Under the pieces are notes generated by a model. It worked only from the letters and a program-made list of their open reading frames with translations, did not search any database and had not been told where the DNA came from. Of a DNA stretch of 64,000 nucleotides, positions 38,314 to 50,370 are shown in pieces. Positions within the stretch are counted from its first letter, which is position 1. Each line of letters opens with the position of its first letter. This DNA is from Eledone cirrhosa. Taxonomy: Eukaryota. The translations under genes and the position numbers were made by a program. Where the stretch lies: the NCBI GenBank assembly GCA_964016885.1, contig OZ024743.1:98394001-98458000 (forward strand), in the 5' to 3' direction.

Positions 38314-40116
38314 GATAAAATCATCCCACAAATTAAACACAAGATACACCTTAAACAATGGGGAAATACGGGTGAAGTAATTGAATGGTTTAAGGATATC
38401 AAGAATAATAAGAACAAAAAATTTATTCAATTTGATATCAATTCATACTACACCTCTATTTCCCCTATCCTATTAAATAAGGCACTTATCATGGCCATGA
38501 CCAATAGCGACCTGACTAGAGCCCAGGTTGATGTCATCCTTGCGGCCCGTAAAACCATAATCACCTTCGAGGACCAACTATGGACGCGCAAGGATACGCA
38601 CAACAACTTCGACATAACCATGGGATCTAGTGACTCGGCGCAGGTCACTGATTTGGTCGGCCTATACCTCCTCAATGAAATCCATAAAGACCTCCCTTAC
38701 CTCAACGGTGGTTTGTACCGCGATGATGCACTTCTACTCATAGAATATAAAAAATTTAATATAGAAAGAACTAGAAAACAACTGCATAAGACATTCAAAA
38801 ACTTTAACCTTAGTATCACCATGGGCAAAAACACTAAAAATGTTAACTTCCTAGACGCCACACTATACCTAGACTCAAAAATATATACACCCTTCCATAA
38901 GCCTAATGAGAAACTTATTTACGTAGATACCAAGTCTAATCACCCTAGATCAATATTAAACTCTATCTCTAAGGGGGTGTCCAATAGAATCTCTAGTCTG
39001 TCCTATGACGCAAACATATTTAGCAAAAACTCACAATATTACAATCAAGCATTAGCTAGCTCCGGCCATAATATAGAAATTGAGTTCCTACCTAAGAAAA
39101 CACATAGCTACAACATCATCTCGCACAACATGTCCATGAGGAAATCTAATAATAGGAATAGCAACCACAAGTACACCAAAGCGGAGGGTGCCACCGGAAG
39201 TAACCATTACCATGGAAACTACTGTGAGGCCTTAGGAGGAAGCAACACACCAAACACTAAAAGCAAAAATAGAAGAAGAAATAATACATTTTTCAACCCT
39301 CCTTTCAACCTAAATGTCTCCACCAACATACCTAGGGCTTTCTTCTCACTACTAGATAAAAACTTCCCTCTAGGACACAAGTACCACAACCTCTTAAACA
39401 AAAACACCATTAAAATCTCATACTCCACGACGCCTAACTTAGCATACCACATAGCTAGCAGCAATAATAGTAAAATTAGTTCTTACTTCCAACAAACAAA
39501 ATCGCAACGGGATGCAAACCCTCTAAATACCACTGTAGCAAGCAACAATAGCAACGGCAGTAACAATAGAAATAACACTAGTATAAGTAATAACACCAGG
39601 GTTGTCAACCTGAACACCCAAAATCCTATATCCACCACACAGACTTCCGCATTGCATTATAACCAGCGGACTAACGCACAGAATAATTGTAACTGTAGAG
39701 CTAATAGAACCTGCCCTTTAGATAAAAAATGCCTAACCAAGGATGTCATATACTCATGCACAGTCACGACTAATAACTCTTCAGAAACCTATGTAGGCTC
39801 CACTTCTAACTGCTTCAAAATTAGATATAACTCGCACATCCACTCGTTCAAAAAGCACAGCCTAGCCAACTCCACCTCACTTTCTAGCTACATACACTAT
39901 CTAAAATCTAAAAATAAACCATACACACTCAAATGGGAAGTGATAGGCAGCGCGACCTCGTACAAACCACCTAATAAATTCTGTAACCTCTGTATACTAG
40001 AGACACACAATATTATCTTCTCCAACCGTAACCTACTTAACAAAAAATCTGAGGTGTTTGCAACTTGCCAGCACCGCCTCAGACATTCCTTCCAAAACTT
40101 TAAGCCCTATATATAG
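38314..40116 (+). CDS. PLE RT + C-terminal GIY-YIG endonuclease, 5'-truncated, otherwise open
   Basis: QWGNT..VIEWF, FIQFDINSYYTSI, MGSSDSAQ, LYRDD, FLD, CNC..CPL..CL..VIY..YVGST..FKIRY..H, CNLCILE, LLNKKSE..CQHR. The ORF-track N-terminus (38179-38313) is antisense of the inverted arm. Confidence 0.92.
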   Translation, partial: DKIIPQIKHKIHLKQWGNTGEVIEWFKDIKNNKNKKFIQFDINSYYTSISPILLNKALIMAMTNSDLTRAQVDVILAARKTIITFEDQLWTRKDTHNNFDITMGSSDSAQVTDLVGLYLLNEIHKDLPYLNGGLYRDDALLLIEYKKFNIERTRKQLHKTFKNFNLSITMGKNTKNVNFLDATLYLDSKIYTPFHKPNEKLIYVDTKSNHPRSILNSISKGVSNRISSLSYDANIFSKNSQYYNQALASSGHNIEIEFLPKKTHSYNIISHNMSMRKSNNRNSNHKYTKAEGATGSNHYHGNYCEALGGSNTPNTKSKNRRRNNTFFNPPFNLNVSTNIPRAFFSLLDKNFPLGHKYHNLLNKNTIKISYSTTPNLAYHIASSNNSKISSYFQQTKSQRDANPLNTTVASNNSNGSNNRNNTSISNNTRVVNLNTQNPISTTQTSALHYNQRTNAQNNCNCRANRTCPLDKKCLTKDVIYSCTVTTNNSSETYVGSTSNCFKIRYNSHIHSFKKHSLANSTSLSSYIHYLKSKNKPYTLKWEVIGSATSYKPPNKFCNLCILETHNIIFSNRNLLNKKSEVFATCQHRLRHSFQNFKPYI

Positions 40117-41557
40117 CAATGTCGGACTGGAACCTAACACCACATCTAGCATCAAACACCAGAGACACACCCTATACTACATACCCAACACTAGCTGATC
40201 CATTATAACACAAACAACGACATCCCTCTGGAACCCTTCGCAGGGAAAATACCCATTTATACCTCTACGGCAGGTGTGACAACATCCACCCACCTGGACG
40301 GCACTACACCGCTCTAAGGGTAATTTGAGCATGAATTGATCGGTTGGATGGTGTTGGGCAGAGGAAACACCTTCCTTAGACAGATGTAAAATGATTTAAT
40401 CGAGTAGCGCTGTTGACCAGTAGGACCAGGCTGCTGAGCGCAGTGAGTGAATGCAATGCAACTGCCGTGCGGGTTGTACGTATATGGATGATCTGACGGT
40501 CAGAGAGGGGTCGCGAGGACTGCGGATTGACCTTTGGCCTGCCTGGGGATGATTATCTTTCGACATCCAATGTAGCAAGCGATGACCCAGATCTTACCAG
40601 AGATCATTGGGTCCTGAAGCAATCCTGCAATCACCGCGCCTGGTCATATGAGCAGACTACAACCACAGAGATCATTAATTTAGAATCCTCGCTCATCATC
40701 TATAATTTCCATTTGTAGCACCTTAAGATGGGTTAATCCACCTTAATAATAATATGATCAACTTCAGCATAATTTAGTTAAACTACTCTATAGTTAGTAC
40801 ACTTTATGCTTTAAAAGTCTCTCTTGGAAGGTGCACCTCACCATAGAATTTAGGGTCTATATTGGGACACATTTTAATGGCTAGATATAGAAACCCCAGA
40901 GTTACCTCCCCGCATGCATTAACTCCCCTTAGCCACACACACACTTCCGGTATTCAATGGCGTCTCTCGAAACGTAACAACCTCCTGTATCGAACTAAAG
41001 AACACCAGACTACGATCTCTAACTGGATTGTCGTGGATTATGTGAAAGGCATATAATCGAAATATACACTCCCTTGACCATGAAAATACCGATGTACATG
41101 AATTACTTGACATCCCTGCGCTGTGCATCTCCAATACTTATAACACTTTTAATGCTTGCACTATCTTTAATGCTTATAATATTTCTCCACACACAGACTA
41201 TATCAATCATATAAAGACTTTGCCACCAGATCTACCAACCTAACACTCTTATTTACCTACCTAAGTGCCTCTACCACACATATCTCTCTGCCACACTATA
41301 TAAACAAGACGCACATGCGTGCCACACATATAACATTTGCACTATATAACCACTTATCTTCATGTTGTACTTTAACCTATATCTTTGATTTTTGATTGTA
41401 CCTATTAATATAAATGTAATCTCGAAGTGTGTACTGCCACTCTAAATTCTGTAATGAATGTTGACCCACAATGTTTGAATATGTATCAATGTTTGAATAT
41501 GTATTGGTATGTCTCTCGGCTGAAAGGGAGGTCATATAACTGTCCATGCATTAATAA

Positions 41558-41610
41558 ATTGCTCCGAAGAATCCAAACCTCGGTTTGGAGGAAACAGCTG
41601 TAAGCACAAT
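41558..41610 (+). ncRNA. Minimal type I hammerhead ribozyme, U4C variant
   Basis: tgct CCGAAGA a tccaaacc-tc-ggtttgga g GAAA c-agct-g TA agca; palindromic AGCT loop and GUA triplet. Confidence 0.7.
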
Positions 41611-41669
41611 AATGTTTTGAACAGTTCTTTGATTCTTATATTTCATAAATATATATATATATATATATA

Positions 41670-41723
<54 letters not shown>

Positions 41724-41751
41724 AATAAATATATATATATATATATATATA

Positions 41752-41948
41752 AATAGGAACCAGTAAGACCCCGACAGCTGAGCTCAAGCCGTTTCGACGG
41801 CTAATTCTGGGTCCAGAATTATCCGTCGAAACGGCTTGAGCTCAGCTGTCGGGGTCTTACTGGTTCCTATTACCCACTCTACTACCTCAAGTATTGAGTA
41901 CTTTGGTGCGTTATGGTCCACCTGGTTCCTTACCACATTTCCTTTGTT
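41752..41948 (+). mobile_element. Hairpin mini-element (hammerhead 3' half within a ~120-nt near-perfect palindrome)
   Basis: 41752-41871 folds back with 1 mismatch; a related copy lies at 44099-44250. Confidence 0.7.
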
Positions 41949-41992
41949 ATATATATAAATATATATATATATATAAATATATATATATATAA

Positions 41993-42029
<37 letters not shown>

Positions 42030-42030
<1 letters not shown>

Positions 42031-42641
42031 GGTGGCTGCCAACTCGTTTTCGAGTACGGCCACTACTTTATAACCATGTAGGAGAACCCCTACCGATACG
42101 CTGAACGAGTGTGACTTTTTAGTCCAGCCAGCAACTTGAAAACTCTGGTACAAACACTACACTTGTGACAATTATTGACACATAGTGCTGGGCCCATGGT
42201 ACCATGTAATGACAAGTGCAGAGAGATCTCCAGATACAAAGCAATGCCTGTGCCGTGAAGCTTTTATAGTGAGCAAAGGCACTGCACAAAGCCAGTCCCA
42301 CTCTCTTAACCAAGATGATATTTACCAAAAAGAAGAACAAGTCAACATCATTGGATACCATCAGGGTTGCAGGTGTTATATCAGAGTTTTCCTTCTCCTA
42401 GAATTCTGCCTTGACAAAGGCTAAGGGGTCATCTCTCCCGGTGATTTTGGATGGCCATTGACTCTTAAGAGCTCCTTTGCCCTTTGACAGGTTTTGTTTT
42501 TAGTCCTGCAGGATGTCCAAAGTCACCCTCCTCACCAAGAAACCTTAGTGGGGTTGCCAGTTTAGTCGCCAACGACCCGACCATGAGACAGGTTGTACTG
42601 GGATACATGTTACCAGTAGCACCAAGTGGTGACCTGACATA
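42030..42641 (-). mobile_element. Bipartite non-autonomous RTE derivative (different RTE group)
   Basis: 5' part has the RTE 5'UTR-type motif ctaggagaaggaaaactctgat. 3' part translates HKCSVCTRVFKLLAGLKSHTR (C-terminal Zn-finger-like) and ends ggcagccacc-(AT)n. No APE or RT between. Confidence 0.65.
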
Positions 42642-42673
42642 ATATATATATATATAAATATATATACATATAC

Positions 42674-42710
<37 letters not shown>

Positions 42711-42788
42711 CATCTACATATATATATATATATATATAAATACATATACATATATATATATATATATATAAATATATATACATATATA

Positions 42789-42834
<46 letters not shown>

Positions 42835-42867
42835 TATATACATATATAAATATATATATATAAATAC

Positions 42868-42898
<31 letters not shown>

Positions 42899-42916
42899 AA
42901 TATATATACATATATA

Positions 42917-42952
<36 letters not shown>

Positions 42953-42993
42953 AATATATATACATATATAAATATATATATATAAATATATAT

Positions 42994-43088
<95 letters not shown>

Positions 43089-43158
43089 TATATATATATA
43101 TATAAATATATATATATATATTTATTTATATATATATTTATTTATATATATATATATT

Positions 43159-43193
<35 letters not shown>

Positions 43194-43294
43194 TTATATA
43201 TATATATATTTATATATATATTTATATATATATATTTTTATATATATATATATTTATATATATATATATTTATATTTTTATATATATATATATT

Positions 43295-43329
<35 letters not shown>

Positions 43330-43377
43330 TTATATATATATATAAATATATATATATATAAATATATATATATATAA

Positions 43378-43428
<51 letters not shown>

Positions 43429-43443
43429 TATATATATATAAAT

Positions 43444-43494
<51 letters not shown>

Positions 43495-44098
43495 AATAAA
43501 TATATATATAAATAAATATATATATATATATATATATATAAATATAAATATATATACATATATATATATAAATATATATAAATATATATATATAAATATA
43601 TATATATAAATATAAATAAATATATATATATAAATATATACATATAAATATATATATATATAAATAAATATATATATATACATATAAATATATATATATA
43701 TATATATAAATATATATATATAAATATATACATATAAATATATATATATATAAATATATATATATATAAATATAAATATATATATATATAAATATATATA
43801 TATATAAATATATATATATATAAATATATATATATATAAATATATATATAAATATATAAATATATATATAAATAAATATATATATAAATAAATATATATA
43901 TAAATAAATATATATATATATAAATAAATATATATATAAATAAATATATACATAAATAAATATATATATATAAATAAATATATATATAAATAAATATATA
44001 TATAAATAAATATATACATAAATAAATATATATATATAAATAAATCTATATATAAATAAATATATATATATATATATATAGATATATATATATATATA
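42642..44098. repeat. (TA)n composite tract with a local polarity flip (TTTA) at ~43120-43330
   Basis: Directly visible. Confidence 0.95.
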
Positions 44099-44250
44099 AA
44101 TAGGAACGAGTAGGACCCCGACGGCTGAGCTAAAGCCATTTCGACGGCTAATTCTGGGGTCCTACTCATTCCTATTACCCACTCTACTACCCTAAGTATT
44201 GAGTACTTTGGTGCGTTATGGTCCACCTGGTTCCTTACCACATTTTTTCC
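44099..44250 (+). mobile_element. Second, shorter copy of the hairpin mini-element
   Basis: 21-bp arms aataggaacgagtaggacccc / ggggtcctactcattcctatt; 3' tail nearly identical to 41872-41940. Confidence 0.7.
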
Positions 44251-44290
44251 ATTATATATATAAATAAATATATATATATATATTTATTTA

Positions 44291-44600
44291 TAGACCCCAA
44301 CTATACAAGCGGAGTTGCTGATGTATACCACAATTTCAAACTGCTAGCCTTGAGTGATACGTTGATGTAAATAATGATCTAACAATCACATGTTATATGC
44401 CTTGATAAGTCCCGCCATGTGGTCGGACGAAACGGCTGTCGGCAATAAACTTGTTATAATATCATAATAGTTCCTTTGTTCTTTTTCACTAATATTTCTG
44501 CTCTGCGTATACGCATAGAGCTTAACTAGCTACCGTCACATATTTGGTAGGTCAGACGTGATCATCGCGATTCACATACGACCTACCATACATCTTACTT
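44291..44600 (+). mobile_element. Short PLE 3'-end (pLTR-like) fragment with hammerhead
   Basis: About 310 bp of unique sequence between TA tracts, containing the 44396 hammerhead. Confidence 0.65.
44396..44447 (+). ncRNA. Minimal type I hammerhead ribozyme, U3-A8 variant, GUC cleavage triplet
   Basis: tgcc TTGATAA gtcc-cgccatgtggtc-ggac GAAA c-ggct-g TC ggca; all three stems pair. Confidence 0.8.
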
Positions 44601-44630
44601 ATATATATATATATAAATAAATATATATAT

Positions 44631-45410
44631 AAGTATGTATGTATACGTACATACATATATGTATACAGACGTACAGTAGCATGTATATATATACATACAG
44701 GCACACATATATATATGCACATATCAGTTTACCGAACATTTATTATAATGCTCGGTTTGTTCGTTTGTAAACAAACAAACAGCCTGAATTACGCCGTACA
44801 GTGTTTAGGCAACCACGTCACCTTTTTGTTCAACACTGACACAGGAACAATGTACTAGTTTCAAGCTTATTAGCTATCGTCAGCACCGTATACCTTTCTG
44901 CCAGATGGTTGAACGTCCGAAAGTATATACTTTCCTTATGAAAATTAACGGCTGAGCAGCCTAATTTGCATATCGAGTGAGTTCAGTCGGCCAGGCACAC
45001 CGAAAACGATAAATGGAATAGAATGAAACGAAATTTCATTTCTCACTCTTAGTACGGCACTTACTTAAATGTAAGTATGTATGTATACGTACATACATAT
45101 ATGTATACAGATGTACAGTAGCATGTATATATATACATACAGGCACACATATATATATGCACGTATCAGTTTACCGAACATTTATTATAATGCTCGGTTT
45201 GTTCGTTTGTAAACAAACAAACAGCCTGAATTACGCCGTACAGTGTTTAGGCAACCACGTCACCTTTTGTTTACTAGTACATCGTTCCTGTGTCAGTGTT
45301 GAACAAAAGTGTTGAACAAAAATACATATATGTATGTACGTATACTTACATTTAAGTAAGTGCCGTACTAAGAGTGAGAAATGAAATTTCATTTCATTCT
45401 ATTCCATTTA
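44631..45410. repeat. 442-bp-period partial tandem duplication with nested short inversions
   Basis: 44631-44830 repeats at 45073-45270; 45272-45310 inverts ~44825-44860; ~45345-45410 inverts ~45010-45075. Confidence 0.85.
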
Positions 45411-45411
45411 A

Positions 45412-45476
<65 letters not shown>

Positions 45477-45529
45477 TATAAATAAATATAAATATATATA
45501 TATAAATAAATATATATATATATATATAA

Positions 45530-45564
<35 letters not shown>

Positions 45565-45575
45565 TATATATATAA

Positions 45576-45618
<43 letters not shown>

Positions 45619-46122
45619 TATATATATATATATATAAATATATATATATAAATAAATATATATAAATAAATATATATAAATAAATATATATAAATAAATA
45701 TATATATATAAATATATATATATAAATATATATAAATAAATATATATATATAAATATATATATATAAATAAATATAAATAAATATATATATATAAATAAA
45801 TATATATATATAAATAAATATATATATATATAAATAAATATATATATATAAATAAATATATATATATATAAATAAATATATATATATATATATATAAATA
45901 AATATATATATATATATATAAATAAATATATATATATATATATAAATATATATATATAAATAAATATATATAAATAAATATATATATAAATATATATATA
46001 TAAATAAATATATATAAATAAATATATATATATAAATATAAATAAATATATATATATAAATATATATATATAAATAAATATAAATAAATATATATATATA
46101 AATAAATATATATATATAAATA

Positions 46123-46154
<32 letters not shown>

Positions 46155-46347
46155 AATAAATAAATATATATATATAAATAAATAAATATATATATAAATA
46201 AATAAATATATATATATAAATAAATAAATATATATATATAAATAAATATATATATATATATATAAATAAATATATATATATAAATAAATATATATATATA
46301 TAAATAAATATATATATATAAATAAATATATATATATAAATAAATAA

Positions 46348-46380
<33 letters not shown>

Positions 46381-46558
46381 TATATATATAAATAAATAAA
46401 TATATATATATAAATAAATAAATATATATATATAAATAAATAAATATATATATATATAAATAAATAAATATATATATATATATATAAATAAATAAATATA
46501 TATATAAATAAATAAATATATATATATATATATAAATAAATAAATATATATATATATA
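45411..46558. repeat. (TA)n/(TAAA) tract
   Basis: Directly visible. Confidence 0.97.
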
Positions 46559-49500
46559 TGGACCAATCATAAGCCAGAGCCCCCACGCATCACCAGTATT
46601 ATTATTACGCGGACCAATCATAAGCCAGAGGCCTATACTATCGCTTGCCTGGTTGCCTTTCGATATATGATGGATGGATGGACTGCGGAATCCTGGAGAG
46701 TGGAGGAGAGAGAGAAAAATCTGGACGCTCAGCGACAATGCCAAAGATAAAGATAAAGACAAATTCACCTCGTGGACGAGAATGCGAGCACTCCTCATTG
46801 TTTCGACCGCGGACGGCTAACATAACCCCATCGCCCCCCGCCCCCCACCAACCCCCAAACGCAATCCAAAACTTCAGAGTTGGTACCATAAATTTAGGCA
46901 CCCTAAAGGGTCGCGCTAACGAGGTTGTAGAAATGCTTGAACGTAAGGAGGTCGATGTTTGTTGTATTCAAGAGACCAGGTGGAGGGGTGGGTCTGCTAG
47001 GTTCATTGAGGGTAAAAAACGATGTTATAAGCTTTTCTGGGTGGGAAACGACGATGGGCTGGGTGGAGTAGGAATCATGGTAGCAGAAAAGTGGGCAGAT
47101 AAGATAATAGACGTAAATAGAGTGAACGACAGAATAATTAAAATACGACTTGTCCTCAATAGAACTACGGTGACAGTAATATCTGCGTACGCACCACAAT
47201 CCGGACTGCCCGGCACTATAAAAGACAGATTCTATGAGACACTGATGCTAACTACCTCCCAAATATCCGACAGTGACTATATAATTATTGCAGGCGACCT
47301 AAATTGTCACGTTGGACAACATTGTGACGGCTACGACGAAATCCATGGAGGCTATGGGTTTGGTACTAGAAATGAGGAAGGCTCCAGAATCCTGGAATTC
47401 TGTGATGCAAATAACCTAACTATCTGTAACACTAACTTCAAAAAACGTGACAATCACCTGATCACCTATAGATCCGGGGAACACACAAGCCAGGTAGATT
47501 ATATCCTTACCAGAAGACGTGACAGAGTGTCTGTTGTAAACACTAAATCCCTCCCCCATGAAGAATGCACCTCCCAACATAGACTGATAATTAGCGACCT
47601 CATAGTCAGGACGAGACGTACTCGACAGCAGAAAAGGACTATCCTCAGGAGAAAAATATGGAAGCTAAAGGACCCCACAGCCAGGAATAAATTTCAAAGC
47701 ATATTACTTGATGCTTTCGACAGTAAGGAAGAACATTTAGAGTCGGACAATATAGAGGGAGAGTGGGAATTTCTGAAAGCAAACCTGCTGTTGGCGACAG
47801 ACGAAGTCTGTGGCTGGAGCAGGCCTGTAGGCAGGAGGAGAGTAACATGGTGGTGGAACAGTAAGGTGGAGGGGTCAATTAAGGCCAAAAAGCAGGCTTG
47901 GAAAGTATGGCGGGATGGGGGAAGTAGAGAAGACTATCAAGTGGCCAGGAGAGAAGCTAGGAGACAAGTGTACTTAGCAAGAAGGGAAGCAAAGGAAAGA
48001 AAGTTCAAGCATGTTCTACAACGCGATGACCAAAAACGTGAGGTGTTCAGGATTGCTAGGCAATGCGTCAAGGAAAACCGTGATATTGTCGGGGAGAAGT
48101 GTGTGCTAAACGATGATGGCACACTTGCCATCGCCGACGCTGATAAGAAGGTAGCTTGGAAGTGACACTATGAAAGGCTACTAAATGAGGAGAATAAATG
48201 GGAGAAAGACAGTCTCCCCCATATCGACCCAATAGAGGGACCAGCAGTGTTAGTCGAGGGGAGTATAATAAGTAAGGCAATCAAGGATATGAAGACGGGT
48301 AAGGCGGCTGGGCCTTCGGAAATAGTTGCTGAGATGCTGAAGGCATCTGGCACGGTGGGACACACCATGGTCACCCGCATAGTTAACCAAGTCGTACAGA
48401 ATGGGGTTGTTCCGAAGGACTGGCATAGCAGCATCATCGTTAACTGTTATAAGGGTAAAGGAGACGCCCTAGATAGGAGTAACTATAGAGGCATTAAATT
48501 AATCGACCAGGTCATGAAGGTCACGGAAAAAGTAATAGCACAACTAATCAGAGAGAGAATTGACCTAGATGAAATGCAGTTCGGGTTTGTGTCAGGCAAA
48601 AGTACCACAGACGCTCTTTTCATTGTACGACAACTACAGGAGAAGTACCTAGCTAAAGGTAAACCCCTCTACTTAGCTTTTGTCGACTTGGAGAAAGCCT
48701 TCGACAGAGTCCCCCGCTCCATTATCTGGTGGGCTCTTAGAAAACTAGGCATTGACGAATGGCTTGTGAGAGCTATACAAGCCATGTATAAAGAAACAGT
48801 CAGCAAGGTTAGAATTAACAACGAATATAGTGAAGAGTTTAGCGTAAAAGTTGGCGTCCATCAGGGCTCTGTTCTCATCCCCCTACTATTTATTATTGCC
48901 CTTCAGGCTATAACAGAGGAGTTCAAGGCCGGCTGCCCATGGGAACTCCTATACGCAGACGACCTGACACTCATAGCGGAATCAATGGCCGAGCTAGAGA
49001 AGAAATTCCAAACATGGAAGCACGGCCTAGAATCAAAAGGCCTTAAAATTAACCTGGCTAAGACTAAAGTTCTAGTTTGTAGGAAAGAAAATAAGGCGGC
49101 GGTCCCTTCTGGGAAATGGTCGTGCTCGGTGTGTAGGAAAGGCGTAGGTAGAAACTCCATTTTATGTCCTAAATGCAAAGTATGGGTGCATAAAAGATGT
49201 AGTGGGATCACAGGTAAGCTAACTAAGAACATAGATTTTACATGTGGCCGGTGCTCTGGTGCAATAAGTAGCAGCAAGTGCCCACAAAATACTAGCTCTT
49301 TCAATTGCGCAGAGGGTTCTATAGAAATAGTGGACAGTTTCCGTTACCTGGATGATAAAATCAGCAGTGGGGGAGGGTGCTCTGAAAGTACAGTAGCTAG
49401 AGTCAGAACTGGTTGGAAAAAGTTCAGAGAGCTTATACCACTATTAGCTGCGAAAGGGTTCTCCCTAAAAATGAAAGGCAGGTTGTACGATGCCTGCATA

Positions 49501-49951
49501 CGAACAGCAATGTTGCATGGCAGTGAGACCTGGGCATTGTGTGCAGAGGATATACGCAGACTAGAGAGGAACGAAGCTTGCATGCTCCACTGGATGTGTA
49601 ACGGTAATATACGTGAACGGCAAAGCATAAACGAACTAAGGAAAAAATTAGAAATAAGAGGGATCAGATGTTTACTCGAGAGAAGGCTACGTTGGTATGG
49701 ACACGTGATGCGCATGAAAGTCGATAGCTGTATAACAAAGTGCAGGGCAATAAAGATAGATGGTAGCCACGGAATAGGCAAACCTAGAAAAACCTGGGAC
49801 GAGCTGATAAACTCCGACCTCACACACTTACACCTCTCGAAAGCAATGTCACTGGACCGAGACCTTTGGCGGTACTCAGTAACAGAGAAGATCCGCCTTA
49901 CCTAAATACATAGTAAAACCTACTACAGCCAGTAGGCATCTCTAACAAAAT
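46559..49951 (+). mobile_element. RTE family A, near-complete ORF with one nonsense mutation, 3'-truncated
   Basis: ORFs 46645-48165 and 48247-49905 are in the same frame, split by TGT>TGA at 48163-48165. Ends ~45 bp after the stop, with no (ATG)n tail. Confidence 0.95.
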
Positions 49952-50337
49952 ATATATATATATAAAAATAAATATATATATATATATAAAAATAAATATA
50001 TCTATATATATAAATAAAAATAAATATATATCTATATATATAAATAAAAATAAATATATATCTATATATATAAATAAAAATAAATATATATCTATATATA
50101 TAAATAAAAATAAATATATATCTATATATATATATAAAAATAAATATATATCTATATATATAAATAAAAATAAATATATATCTATATATATATAAAAATA
50201 AATATATATCTATATATATAAATAAAAATAAATATATATCTATATATATATAAAAATAAATATATATATATATATATATAAAAATAAATATGTATATATA
50301 TATATAAATAAATATATATATATATATAAATAAATAT

Positions 50338-50370
<33 letters not shown>

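Larger units (their letters stand above)
36006..41647. mobile_element. Young Penelope-like element with 2147-bp inverted arms
   Basis: 36170-38316 is the reverse complement of 39501-41647 (one mismatch noticed, near 36869/40948). The left arm has ~165 bp of extra 3' tail. TA tracts on both sides. Confidence 0.95.

Noticed and set aside
37701-38417. Separate 238-aa GIY-YIG gene with a hydrophobic N-terminus
   Set aside because: It is the inverted duplicate of the PLE C-terminus; the N-terminus is antisense RT sequence read across the inversion junction.
40578-40620. SECIS element in the PLE 3' UTR
   Set aside because: The GA quartet is out of register, there are no apical AA residues in position, and the ORF has no in-frame UGA.
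48163-48165. In-frame TGA at a Cys position, possible selenocysteine
   Set aside because: Other family A copies have TGT here and no SECIS was seen; a simple nonsense mutation.
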